Virus record (IMG/VR): IMGVR_UViG_3300031519_000098
Coordinates: 1 to 34,952 of that record
Reading direction: 5' to 3' (one strand)
Source: a virus
Lineage: Duplodnaviria > Caudoviricetes
DNA: 34,952 nt
Shown piece by piece: positions 9,224 through 18,440 of the stretch. The position numbers were made by a program, and so were the translations under genes. Below the pieces are notes generated by a model. That model saw only the letters and a program-made list of their open reading frames with translations, had not been told where the DNA came from and ran no database searches. The stretch's first letter is position 1. Each line of letters begins with the position of its first letter.

Positions 9224-9564
9224 AAGGTGCCGTTGAGTATTGGGCGAAAGGCGGCAAGAGGGTAGAAGATAAAAGTGGTGATGATGCAGCGGCATTTGGA
9301 TTGAAGCCGCAGCATCAGGCCGCACCTGAAGAAGAGCATTTTGAAGTGTGGGAAGAGAATTGGGAAGCGTTATTGATGTTTTTGCGAATGCAGACGCAGT
9401 GGACTGTCACGATGGGAGGTTACGTTGGCTTGAAGTATGAGGTTTTGCTTGGTGCGTCAGGACTGATGTCCCTTTATGATGTAGAGAATCCCCGTGAGAT
9501 GCTGGAGGAACTTCAGGTGATGGAAGCCGCAGCCCTCTCAGAATTAAACAAGTCTGATAAGTAA
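9214..9564 (+). CDS. gpT-like frameshift extension (gpGT fusion ~222 aa, DUF1799-like)
   Basis: -1 frame reads LKGAVEYWAKGG...FEVWEENW...MQTQW...GLKYE...LQVMEAAAL and includes track ORF 9301..9564. Confidence 0.85.
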   Translation, partial: GKLKGAVEYWAKGGKRVEDKSGDDAAAFGLKPQHQAAPEEEHFEVWEENWEALLMFLRMQTQWTVTMGGYVGLKYEVLLGASGLMSLYDVENPREMLEELQVMEAAALSELNKSDK

Positions 9565-12500
9565 TGGCAAATAACGAGACCGTTCTAAAGATTAAGGCTC
9601 AGATTGATGGCCTTCAGGGACTTGAGAAGCTCAAGTCTTCGATGAAGAGGATTTCGGCTGAGGTAGACGGCGCTGAGAACAATTTTTCAGAATTACTCCA
9701 AAAGTTAAAACAGCTTCAATCATCATCTGTCAAATCAATTAATAACTTAAACGCCCAAAGAGATGCGTTTGAAGCTCTTAGGCGTTCTGTTGACTTGAAC
9801 AGTAAGGAGTTCAAAGAAGCTAGGGGTGAGATTGAAAAGATAGATAGAGCCTTGAAAGAGGCTAGCGGCACTGTCGTTAAATATTCCAAGAACTCAATTA
9901 AGGCTCTTCGTGCGCAAAAAAATGAGCTGTTGGCTGTAAGGGACTCTGCAGACCTTATGAGCAAAGAGTTCAAGGAGGCGGGGGTTGAGCTTGCCAAATT
10001 GGACAAGAAGCTTGCCAAGGCTGAACGAAGGGGTAGTGGTGGTGGAAGATTTAGGGGTGCTGCTCAAGTTGCAGGCACGGTTGCAGGTGCCGGGGTATTT
10101 GGTGGGCCTGAGGGTGCGATCGGCGCTTTAGCGGGTGGAGTTGTTGGTGGAGTTCCTGGCGCTATCGTAGGCGCAACAATTGGAGCACAGCTGGGACAGT
10201 TAAGAAAAGCTGCCGGTGCCGTTGCGGAATATAACGCTAAATTAAATCTCGCCAAAGCGACCCTTGGTGGGGTTTCTACAGATATTGTTGATTACAATAA
10301 AAACTTAAAATTTGCGAGAAGAATTAGCAACGACTATGCAGTTTCTCTTTTAGACGTAATTAAGGGTTATACGGGAGTCGCAGCAGCAGGTAGGGCTAAC
10401 AACTTAACTGTTAAACAGACTCAAGGGATATACGAAGGAATTACTGCTTCTGGCGTTGCGTTTGGCAAATCGCAAGAAGATTTGCAGGCTTTATTCCTTG
10501 CGACAACTCAGGTTCTGAGCAAAGGTAAGGCGACCGCTGAGGAGATTTCTGGGCAAATCGGCGAGCGCATCCCAGGAGCCGTGGCAAAGTTTGCAGAAGC
10601 AACTAATAGAACACTCCCTCAGCTTGCAAAAGATTTCCAGCTTGGAAAAGTAACAATTGCTGACTTTGTCCTTTTTGCCGAGAAGCAAGGCGAGGATTAT
10701 GCAGAGTTTGCAAAATCGCTAGCCAGTGGGCCTGAAAAGGCAGGCTTGAGATTGGACATCGCTCTAAAAAGAGCTATGGAAATCTATGGTTCCTTTTTTG
10801 GTTCAGTTGGCGCAGGATTCCAAGGCTTACTGAAAGAAATAGTTGATTTTGTTATTGACAATGAAAAACAGATAAAAATGATAATTGGCGCTGTAATTGT
10901 AGCGTATGAGGACATATCTTCTTTACTCCAAGACCTGGCTGACGGTATAGCTAAGACTTTCGGTCCAGTTTTTACATTTTTAACAAACGGCATTAACGCT
11001 GTTGTGGGTAAAGCTGTTGGAGCTATTAACACTTTGCTAAAACTTCAGCAAATTGATCAAAAAACTGTTGAGGGGATAAAAACTAAAGCTAGAAAACAGG
11101 TAGAAGAAGAGTTTGGCGGCCCTCTGGGGGCAGCCCTTAGGGCCAATGAATCAGGGCCAAGGTATCAAGAAGTTTTCAATAAGCTTATGCAGGCAAAGCT
11201 GGATGAAGTTGCCTTAGCTCCAAGCTTTATTGAGAGGGCAGGCAAAAAAGGTGATTCTTTATTCCCTGAATATAAGCCTTCCAAGCTTGCCGGACCTAAC
11301 AAAATCACTCCCCCTTCCGCCGACCTAGATGGCGATGGCGACGGTAACGGTCCAGGCAAGACCAAAAGGCCAGCGCGAGCCGATTTCAGCATATTAGAGG
11401 GGGCTTTTGCTCGCGATGCAGCTTTAAGAGTACTGAAGGAGAATAAAGCGATTGAAATTGAAATATTAAAAGCAGAGTTTGAAGGGAATAAAGCGCAGGT
11501 TTTTGCCTTAAAGCAGAAGCAGGAAAGGTTAAAAGTAAATCAGATTATCGTAAGCCTTGAAGAACTTACAAGACAAAGGGCGATACAGATAGTGAATGCT
11601 CAATCAAAAGGGTTGGATGTTGCAAGGGTTCAAAGCAAGCAACTAGACGATCAAAACAATCTCCAGCTTGCAAGGATTGAGAAAGAGGCGCTTTTAACAG
11701 AGCAAGAAGTAGAGCGCCTGAAATTTAATAAAGAAATAACAGCCGAGCTAGACAAGCAAAGAAAGTCTTTTGAGGAGCAGTTCACTGACAGACAAAAAGA
11801 ATTAGGCTTGATTTCGTCTAGTGATTACAATAAAATTTTGCTTGCCAGGAAGAAAGAAGAGCTTGCAGATCCAAAGCTTGGCCTAAGCTCTGATCAGCAA
11901 GCCAGAGGTCTTGACCAGTTCCGCCAAACCATAGACCCAACAGTTGCCGAGGGATTAACACAAAACATTCGCAGTTTGAAAACAGAGCTAGAAGATCTAG
12001 TAAATCCAATCAACCAAATCACTGGCGCAGCAAACGCTATTGGCAGTGCATTCTCTCAGTCGTTCACAAATGCAATCACTGGTGCCACAAGTGCGAAGCA
12101 GGCATTGTCTGACTTTTTCAAAAGTGTTGCCAGTTATTTCTTGGATATGGCGGGGCAGATTATTGCGAAAATGGTGACGATAGCGATTTTAAATACTGTT
12201 GTTAAGTTGCTGCCTGGTGGCGGAGGATTCAATCTTGGGAGCACATCGCTAGGAGCAGGTGGTGGTGAAGTTGGCGGGATCGGAACTCTCGGCCCAAACT
12301 TCGGCATCGCTCAACGCGCCGCAGGCGGCCCAGTCAGTGCAAACACGCCTTACATCGTTGGCGAGCGTGGGCCTGAGCTTATGGTTCCTTCAGGCAACGG
12401 AACCATTATTCCAAACGATGTCTTTTCGGCAAGTCGTGCTGCTATCTCTGGCGGTGGTCCGCTAGGTGCCGCTGGAAACTCTGGTGATCTCGGTAAAGAT

Positions 12501-12818
12501 GGAATGGCCGAGAGCCGCAATTACATCAGCAATAACTACTCAACTCAACAAGCCATTGCTCAAAGTCAAGCAGCTGTATCGTCAAGTTCAATGTCAATGG
12601 AGCGTGTGATTGAGCGCAAAGCCGCAGAACGTCAAGCAACTGAAATGTCAGAACCGATCAGAGTTAAGCTGGACACTACCGTAATCAACAATGTGGAATA
12701 TCTCACCGTTGAGCAAGGTCTTGCGCTTTCTGAGTCCGCTTCTCGCAAGGCTCGTAGCCAAGTCTTTTCTGACCTAAGGCAGCGACCTGCGTCAAGGTCA
12801 AAAGTGGGGCTTGGTTGA
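9564..12818 (+). CDS. Tape measure protein
   Basis: 1084 aa, helical Ala/Lys/Glu-rich; QVLSKGKATAEEISGQIGERIPGA tape-measure motif; C-terminal RAAGGPV...YIVGERGPELMVP. Confidence 0.93.
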   Translation: MANNETVLKIKAQIDGLQGLEKLKSSMKRISAEVDGAENNFSELLQKLKQLQSSSVKSINNLNAQRDAFEALRRSVDLNSKEFKEARGEIEKIDRALKEASGTVVKYSKNSIKALRAQKNELLAVRDSADLMSKEFKEAGVELAKLDKKLAKAERRGSGGGRFRGAAQVAGTVAGAGVFGGPEGAIGALAGGVVGGVPGAIVGATIGAQLGQLRKAAGAVAEYNAKLNLAKATLGGVSTDIVDYNKNLKFARRISNDYAVSLLDVIKGYTGVAAAGRANNLTVKQTQGIYEGITASGVAFGKSQEDLQALFLATTQVLSKGKATAEEISGQIGERIPGAVAKFAEATNRTLPQLAKDFQLGKVTIADFVLFAEKQGEDYAEFAKSLASGPEKAGLRLDIALKRAMEIYGSFFGSVGAGFQGLLKEIVDFVIDNEKQIKMIIGAVIVAYEDISSLLQDLADGIAKTFGPVFTFLTNGINAVVGKAVGAINTLLKLQQIDQKTVEGIKTKARKQVEEEFGGPLGAALRANESGPRYQEVFNKLMQAKLDEVALAPSFIERAGKKGDSLFPEYKPSKLAGPNKITPPSADLDGDGDGNGPGKTKRPARADFSILEGAFARDAALRVLKENKAIEIEILKAEFEGNKAQVFALKQKQERLKVNQIIVSLEELTRQRAIQIVNAQSKGLDVARVQSKQLDDQNNLQLARIEKEALLTEQEVERLKFNKEITAELDKQRKSFEEQFTDRQKELGLISSSDYNKILLARKKEELADPKLGLSSDQQARGLDQFRQTIDPTVAEGLTQNIRSLKTELEDLVNPINQITGAANAIGSAFSQSFTNAITGATSAKQALSDFFKSVASYFLDMAGQIIAKMVTIAILNTVVKLLPGGGGFNLGSTSLGAGGGEVGGIGTLGPNFGIAQRAAGGPVSANTPYIVGERGPELMVPSGNGTIIPNDVFSASRAAISGGGPLGAAGNSGDLGKDGMAESRNYISNNYSTQQAIAQSQAAVSSSSMSMERVIERKAAERQATEMSEPIRVKLDTTVINNVEYLTVEQGLALSESASRKARSQVFSDLRQRPASRSKVGLG

Positions 12819-13285
12819 TGCTTGCGATTGGCACTTACCTAAAACTGCTTAACTTTGAAGGTTCAAGCACTGGCTACGCCTTCCAAAACTTTTTCCAAGG
12901 CGAGTCGCGCACGTATTTAGGCACAAGCTATGTGTTTGCCGGGTTCGGCTTTAGTGGTGGGACGCTTGACATACAGGCTGCCAATATTTCAGCGGCAGTT
13001 GTTTTTGCTGTAAATCAACTGGATTTAAGTATTTTTCAAACAGCATCAGATCAACGTTGGCTTGCGGAGATACGCACGGTATGGCTTGACCCAGATACGT
13101 TGGTTGAGACAAACCGTTACAGCGAAGAGCTGTACGCAGTGCTTGGATTTGAGCATGATACGAGTAGGCTACAGGTAAGACTGGGTAACCCTTTGGACGC
13201 AATTGAAGCAAACATCCCAAGGCGTGTCCTTACCCAGGTCAGCGTCGGGGAGCTTCCTTCTACCGGAAACATTTCATTGAGATAA
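12818..13285 (+). CDS. Minor tail protein (gpL-like N-terminal hub domain, tentative)
   Basis: TGATG-coupled to tape measure; YVFAGFGFSG...IPRRVLT pattern. Confidence 0.55.
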   Translation: MLAIGTYLKLLNFEGSSTGYAFQNFFQGESRTYLGTSYVFAGFGFSGGTLDIQAANISAAVVFAVNQLDLSIFQTASDQRWLAEIRTVWLDPDTLVETNRYSEELYAVLGFEHDTSRLQVRLGNPLDAIEANIPRRVLTQVSVGELPSTGNISLR

Positions 13286-16200
13286 TGCTAAGTCCCAACA
13301 AAAATCGAATCATGCTTCTCCCGCAGGATCGGGAGATTATTGACATCACTGGGATGTCTGAAGAGCAGTATGTCTTTTTCTGCCGACAGGCGATTTTACA
13401 CAGCAAGCTAAGACCTGGAGAGCCTGTTGCTTTAGAACCATTCACCATTATTCTGATCAACCTGGCGATTGGTCTTATTCTTTCTGCTGCGTCGGCATTA
13501 CTAGCACCCAAGCCCCAAGTAAGAAAAGCTCCTGATGTAAGAACAAGAAACGTAGACGGGCAGACTATTGTTAGAGGAGATCAATTTACGGCTAAAAGCG
13601 GTTTTGATACTGTCCAAAACGTTGTTGAAATTGGAAGTACCATTCCTATTATTTACGCCAATCGACAGCTAATTGACGGTAAATATTACGGTGGAATTAG
13701 AACAAATACAAATTTACTTTGGAGCCAGATTTACAGCATTGGAGGTGGACAGCTTTTAAGGGCTATTTTCCTGGTCGGAGAGTCGAGCGATACTGGGGAT
13801 AGGTTTGAAGGAATGATTGTTGACCCAGGGCAGTTTGCCATTGGCAACAACCTTCTTAATGGATACGACTTAGGTCTTTCTACTACAGGAAGAATATCTG
13901 TTTATTACAACAACACTGGCGGAAGGATTACTTCAGGAGATTATATTTCTGGTGTAACGCCTTTCAATGACGAAGCCAACTCAGAAAACGACGGGGCAGA
14001 TGACGTTTTTCAGGTAAAAAATGCAAACGGCGGTTACCAACCTGCCTTTTGTTTCACTTCAAAGCCTTCTACACAAACTTCAATAGGGGTATATGGATTC
14101 ATTGGCAACAACCTAGGTTACAGGGTTAATCCTACATTTAGGCCAGGTAGGCAGTTTACTGTAAGAACTGATAATGAAGTAAATTGCAAGTCAGACTGGC
14201 AAGAGCTGGCAAATCGTGACAAACAAAACACAATTTTTCCTGGCAAATCGTGTTTGTACGCAAAGAATGGCGTAGCAACATCCGGCAACAGCGTTTCTGT
14301 AATTGAAGGCGATGAACTTAGCTATAGGCTTCTAAGCTCATGTGCTCTGGATGATTACCCAAATGGTTTTACTCGCGGAGGCGGCTTAGGAGAAGCGACT
14401 GTAGGAGATGTTGCCGGTGCTGTGGCGGGGCGTCAAAAGCAGTACGACGAATTAATAAACATTGGTCAGCTTTATAAAATTGGCAGCGCATTGGCAATTT
14501 GTTCTGACCGTAGCTTGCAACCATTCGTCTCCGATGCTGACCAGACTCCCACGGGTGGAGGCAGAGACATGACAGCTACATTTATAGTCGTGCGCTCTGG
14601 AGCAGTTGATTTTGTCTCTATAAATGACGCTGATACTAGTTCTGCCCGAATAGCAAGTAGCACTGCTCATATTATGCGTTGCGCTATAGCCAATATCGTG
14701 ACTGAGCGCGGCTCTAGGATGATAGAAATAGGTCTTAGAAGTCGCTTGCAGTTAAGCATTTCAGGTATTTGTAATTTCAGAGATACTAAAACTTACTCTG
14801 AGATAGACAACGAGGCATGTGATAATTTCGACGGTGATGACGCTGATGGTGCTACGCCTGTAAATTTTGCCAGCGGAACTTACACCGGCCCAGAGCTTAG
14901 GTATAGCTTTTTTCGCATCTCTTATCGAGTCGCATCGAGTAACTCATCTTTTACAGAAATAAGCACTATTTTTGGAGCAAGAAGTGCTACTGGCGTTGAT
15001 GTTTACAACTATATCAAGCTAGATTTTACTTTTGAGAATCGCTACGAGATACGGATCGAGCCTTTATCGTCTTGGGAAATACGCACAGGTGCAGCTGCTG
15101 GTCAGCTGGCTGTTTTGGACTACTCGGTGCAAAGCATCCAAACAATTAACGAAGGCGGAGTGGTACTGCAATTCTCAGGCGAAATTATTACTAGGAGTGT
15201 CGATAGTTTTGGAGTATCAGTTTTCTACCCCAAAGGAGGTCTTGAACTAGCCGGGAATAGAGAAGACAGCCCGTACTATGTAGACTCTTATGCAAAGATA
15301 GCTGAGGCTTTTATTTACAATGAAGTCACAAGCAGCGCCTCTCAGCCTGAGCACGAGATTGTTTATGTAAACAATGTTTCAAGCAGCGCTATAGTCCCAC
15401 AATATTTCGCGTCAGCGATCGTGGGGTTGAATATTAAAAGCAGTGAAGAGGTAAAAAATCTTCAACAGTTTAGCGTTTATGTGGATAAAGGCGTGGGGTC
15501 CACCAGCAGATTCCCTGACGTTCTATATGATCTTTTCACGAACGATAGATACGGCGTTGGCTCAATAATGAGCCCTCAACAAATTGACAAGGAAGGCTTT
15601 GATTCTGCTGCTGCCTGGAACTATTCAAGAAAATATTTCTTTGACGGTGCTATTACTGAAAAGCAAAATCTTAGAACATGGGGAGCCCAAAGGGCCGCTG
15701 ACTTTCTCCTGGATCTTGTCATAAGGAATGGTAAGTTTGCATTACAGCCTGTAGCAAATTTTGAAGGTCCAGAGCAAATAACCCAACTTTTCACGTCAGG
15801 TAATATAATCGATGGCTCTTTTGAATTAAACTATTTTGACGCGGCGGATCGCATACCGCCAAGAATTTCCGTAAAGTGGCGAGAAGAAAGAACCGAGATT
15901 GGAGATTTTTCCAAGGGTTTATTTCCTGTTGTCAGAGAAATTATAGTTCGAGAGGCTGGGGTTGAAAACTTGGCTCCTATAGAGTCGATTGATATTAGCG
16001 ATTTCGCGACAAGCGAAAGACATGCAATAGACAGAGGTAAATGGGAATGCAGATTCCGCAGGCTTGTAACTCATTCGATTAAATTCAAGACTACCCCTAG
16101 CGAGGCCAATCTTGATATTGGCGGCGTATTCAAGCTAGGGCTTGAAACCACAACGTTCAATCAACCGCAAAACGGTGCCATTGCTGCTGACGGAACAATC

Positions 16201-16506
16201 ACTTCTTGGCCGCCACTTGCTGACGGCAATTATTCTGTTCTGCTTTGGGACGGGGCTTCAACAACAATCACTGAGACAACAATGCTTGTGCAAAACGGCT
16301 CAACAAGTTTCTCTAATTCAGTGTTCTGCATAAACAGTGGAAGCACTAACGTCCAAACATACAAGACTCAATCTCTTTCGTTTGACGAAGACGGTAACAT
16401 TGAGGTTGAGGCTATTCACTTTCCAACCAATAGCAATGATGAGAGCCTGATCGTCGATGGTTTTGACAATGACAGCAACTGGCTTTTGGAGGGTTTGATC
16501 GGCTAA
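13285..16506 (+). CDS. Tail tip / central fibre-hub protein (gpJ-like)
   Basis: 1073 aa; GSTIPIIY, VLYDLFTNDRYGVG, YFFDGAI motifs; hydrophobic N-terminal segment ending APKP. Confidence 0.75.
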   Translation: MLSPNKNRIMLLPQDREIIDITGMSEEQYVFFCRQAILHSKLRPGEPVALEPFTIILINLAIGLILSAASALLAPKPQVRKAPDVRTRNVDGQTIVRGDQFTAKSGFDTVQNVVEIGSTIPIIYANRQLIDGKYYGGIRTNTNLLWSQIYSIGGGQLLRAIFLVGESSDTGDRFEGMIVDPGQFAIGNNLLNGYDLGLSTTGRISVYYNNTGGRITSGDYISGVTPFNDEANSENDGADDVFQVKNANGGYQPAFCFTSKPSTQTSIGVYGFIGNNLGYRVNPTFRPGRQFTVRTDNEVNCKSDWQELANRDKQNTIFPGKSCLYAKNGVATSGNSVSVIEGDELSYRLLSSCALDDYPNGFTRGGGLGEATVGDVAGAVAGRQKQYDELINIGQLYKIGSALAICSDRSLQPFVSDADQTPTGGGRDMTATFIVVRSGAVDFVSINDADTSSARIASSTAHIMRCAIANIVTERGSRMIEIGLRSRLQLSISGICNFRDTKTYSEIDNEACDNFDGDDADGATPVNFASGTYTGPELRYSFFRISYRVASSNSSFTEISTIFGARSATGVDVYNYIKLDFTFENRYEIRIEPLSSWEIRTGAAAGQLAVLDYSVQSIQTINEGGVVLQFSGEIITRSVDSFGVSVFYPKGGLELAGNREDSPYYVDSYAKIAEAFIYNEVTSSASQPEHEIVYVNNVSSSAIVPQYFASAIVGLNIKSSEEVKNLQQFSVYVDKGVGSTSRFPDVLYDLFTNDRYGVGSIMSPQQIDKEGFDSAAAWNYSRKYFFDGAITEKQNLRTWGAQRAADFLLDLVIRNGKFALQPVANFEGPEQITQLFTSGNIIDGSFELNYFDAADRIPPRISVKWREERTEIGDFSKGLFPVVREIIVREAGVENLAPIESIDISDFATSERHAIDRGKWECRFRRLVTHSIKFKTTPSEANLDIGGVFKLGLETTTFNQPQNGAIAADGTITSWPPLADGNYSVLLWDGASTTITETTMLVQNGSTSFSNSVFCINSGSTNVQTYKTQSLSFDEDGNIEVEAIHFPTNSNDESLIVDGFDNDSNWLLEGLIG

Positions 16507-16886
16507 TGACAGTTTCTTTCCCATCGCTTACACCTACTCAGCGCACCTATACGGTTGGCGAATACCCCACTAAGCGTTTTAACAGCATCAGCGGCGCTGG
16601 TACGACAAGGCTCTACGGAAGCAAAGCATTCGACGCTGTTTTGGACTTAGAGTTTTCGGCTAACGATACAGAGCTAACAACGATTTTGGCTTGTTTTAAT
16701 TCTGCTTATGGTTCAGGCACTGCCTTGACCCTGCCATCGTCTATTTTCAATGGAATGAGTTCTGCCTTGCAAGCTCAAATCCCAAGCCATGTTACTTGGC
16801 GTTGGCAAGAGACTCCCCAGGTTCAATCAGTTTTCAATGATCGATCAAGAGTCACCGTGAAATTAATTGGAACATTAGATGGTTGA
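16506..16886 (+). CDS. Minor tail protein (distal tail/gpM-like, tentative)
   Basis: 126 aa, FPSLTPT...WRWQETPQV...VTVKL pattern; TAATG coupling. Confidence 0.5.
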   Translation: MTVSFPSLTPTQRTYTVGEYPTKRFNSISGAGTTRLYGSKAFDAVLDLEFSANDTELTTILACFNSAYGSGTALTLPSSIFNGMSSALQAQIPSHVTWRWQETPQVQSVFNDRSRVTVKLIGTLDG

Positions 16887-16896
16887 CTTTAGTGAG

Positions 16897-16902
16897 TAGA
16901 AT
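16897..16902 (+). promoter_or_regulatory. Putative -10 element (TAGAAT)
   Basis: Intergenic, 20 nt before ATG 16923. Confidence 0.5.
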
Positions 16903-16922
16903 GATTCAAAAGGCTTATAGGT

Positions 16923-17321
16923 ATGGCTGTTCGCACTGGCAGTAACGGACAACTCAGGTGGCGAGGAACGGTGGTTGCTCGCGTCCGCTCTTGGTCGCTA
17001 AACATTTCAAAAGACAGTTTGGAAACTACTGGAATTGGAGTCTTTGACCGTTCCTATGTTTCCGGGTTAAGAGGAGCAACGGGCACTGCTGACATCATGT
17101 ACGACCCAGCTGAGGCTAGCTCTGCCGCTCTTTTTAATGACGCACTTAACAACTCGTCTGAACCGTTGAGCAGTATTGAGCTTGTTTTGGATTCTGCAAG
17201 TGGGAGCCAGCTAAGCGGATCTGCTGTTTTGACCAGTGTTTCTGCAAGCGTGTCCGTTGGTGCAGTCACTTCCTGCAGCGTCGGCTTCCAGATTTCTGGG
17301 CCGTTGACTGGAGGATTCTAA
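16923..17321 (+). CDS. Tail-tube-fold minor tail protein
   Basis: VRSWSLNISKDSLETT...SYVSGLRGATGT...SGSAVLTSVS...SVGFQISG is a typical minimal siphovirus tube pattern. Confidence 0.65.
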   Translation: MAVRTGSNGQLRWRGTVVARVRSWSLNISKDSLETTGIGVFDRSYVSGLRGATGTADIMYDPAEASSAALFNDALNNSSEPLSSIELVLDSASGSQLSGSAVLTSVSASVSVGAVTSCSVGFQISGPLTGGF

Positions 17322-17325
17322 TGTT

Positions 17326-18408
17326 ATGGCCGTACTCGGAATTGACGGAATTGTTCGATTAAGAAGAGAAGCCCCTCTTCCTATTGTCGTAAACTCTTCT
17401 GTACTAAGAGCGGATATTGACGCTTTTATTTTAAACAACCAAGATTTTTGGTCGGGAGACGAGGTTTATCTTTTCTCTCAAGAAGGTTTACCCTTGTCAG
17501 GGCAGTGCTCAGATGGCTCTGCAATGTATGCAGGTGGATTTCTTGAAACTGGCCCAAATCGTTCCCATGTATCAAGCAATGATGATTTTTTCTACAAAAG
17601 GGGAGTAGGCGAAGACTCAGATAATTTTTACTGTGGAGTAGGAACCAGAAGTGCTGAATATTTTATTTATCGAGACTCTCTGAACAGACTCAGCCTCTAT
17701 ACCGATTACTGTTCGGCGGTCAACGGTGGCACTGCTAATAAAGTGGATTTAGCACAGTACGAATTTGGCATGTTACTAATTGCTGCTGCTGGCACGGAAG
17801 AATACAACAATGCTTTAACCGAATGCGTTTCAGGTGTTGGCGACTATAGATTTAGCGATGTTCGCGACGAAGTTAGTCTAGAAAGCATTTGTGACTTCCC
17901 CCCTGCTTACTTAAGTCCCGTTGCAGGTACTGCTGAATACGACGACGCAGATCTTACTCCTAGGAGTAACGTCAACGGCTTCCCTTGGGTTCTTCAGTGC
18001 GAGCTTGCTGAATGGTCTTTGGAGCTAGACGGTGCTGCTGTTGATACAACCCAGGTGGGGGAGAAGTTTGGCGAAAACGTAAAAAGCATTATCACGGGTG
18101 GAGGGAAGTTCGATTTTCAGATCGGAGAGGTTAATCATTCAGCTGCGAACGGTGATAGAGCTGTTGACCCAAGCTATTTGCTTCAACTTCTGCAGGTCAC
18201 AGAACGCGGCGCAAAAGCTGAAGCCGAGTTTTGGTTGATGCAGCGCAAGGTCAGTAACGCCTGTAGCGTTTTAGGTAGAGGGGGCTTGTACTACGCCACC
18301 AATATTTTGATAACGAATATCGCTGTCAATGTCAGGGCCACTGACGTTATCGTTGGATCTGCTTCTTTTGCGACATCTGGCGAGATCTCATTAAAAGTAG
18401 GAGTATAA
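17326..18408 (+). CDS. Structural protein: tube-like fold with large insertion
   Basis: C-terminal AEWSLELDGAAVDTT...ILITNIAVNV...ASFATSGEI parallels ORF 16923. Confidence 0.55.
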   Translation: MAVLGIDGIVRLRREAPLPIVVNSSVLRADIDAFILNNQDFWSGDEVYLFSQEGLPLSGQCSDGSAMYAGGFLETGPNRSHVSSNDDFFYKRGVGEDSDNFYCGVGTRSAEYFIYRDSLNRLSLYTDYCSAVNGGTANKVDLAQYEFGMLLIAAAGTEEYNNALTECVSGVGDYRFSDVRDEVSLESICDFPPAYLSPVAGTAEYDDADLTPRSNVNGFPWVLQCELAEWSLELDGAAVDTTQVGEKFGENVKSIITGGGKFDFQIGEVNHSAANGDRAVDPSYLLQLLQVTERGAKAEAEFWLMQRKVSNACSVLGRGGLYYATNILITNIAVNVRATDVIVGSASFATSGEISLKVGV

Positions 18409-18409
18409 T
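18404..18409 (+). promoter_or_regulatory. Putative -10 element (TATAAT)
   Basis: Consensus hexamer overlapping the stop codon, 31 nt before ATG 18441. Confidence 0.45.
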
Positions 18410-18440
18410 GACTAAAGTAGGCCAAAGAGCATTCGGTTAA

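Noticed and set aside
9301-9564. Stand-alone 87-aa gene starting at TTG 9301
   Set aside because: Better explained as the -1 frameshift extension of the chaperone; frame is open from the slippery site
16883-16902. TTGACT as -35 for TAGAAT
   Set aside because: Spacer is only 8 nt
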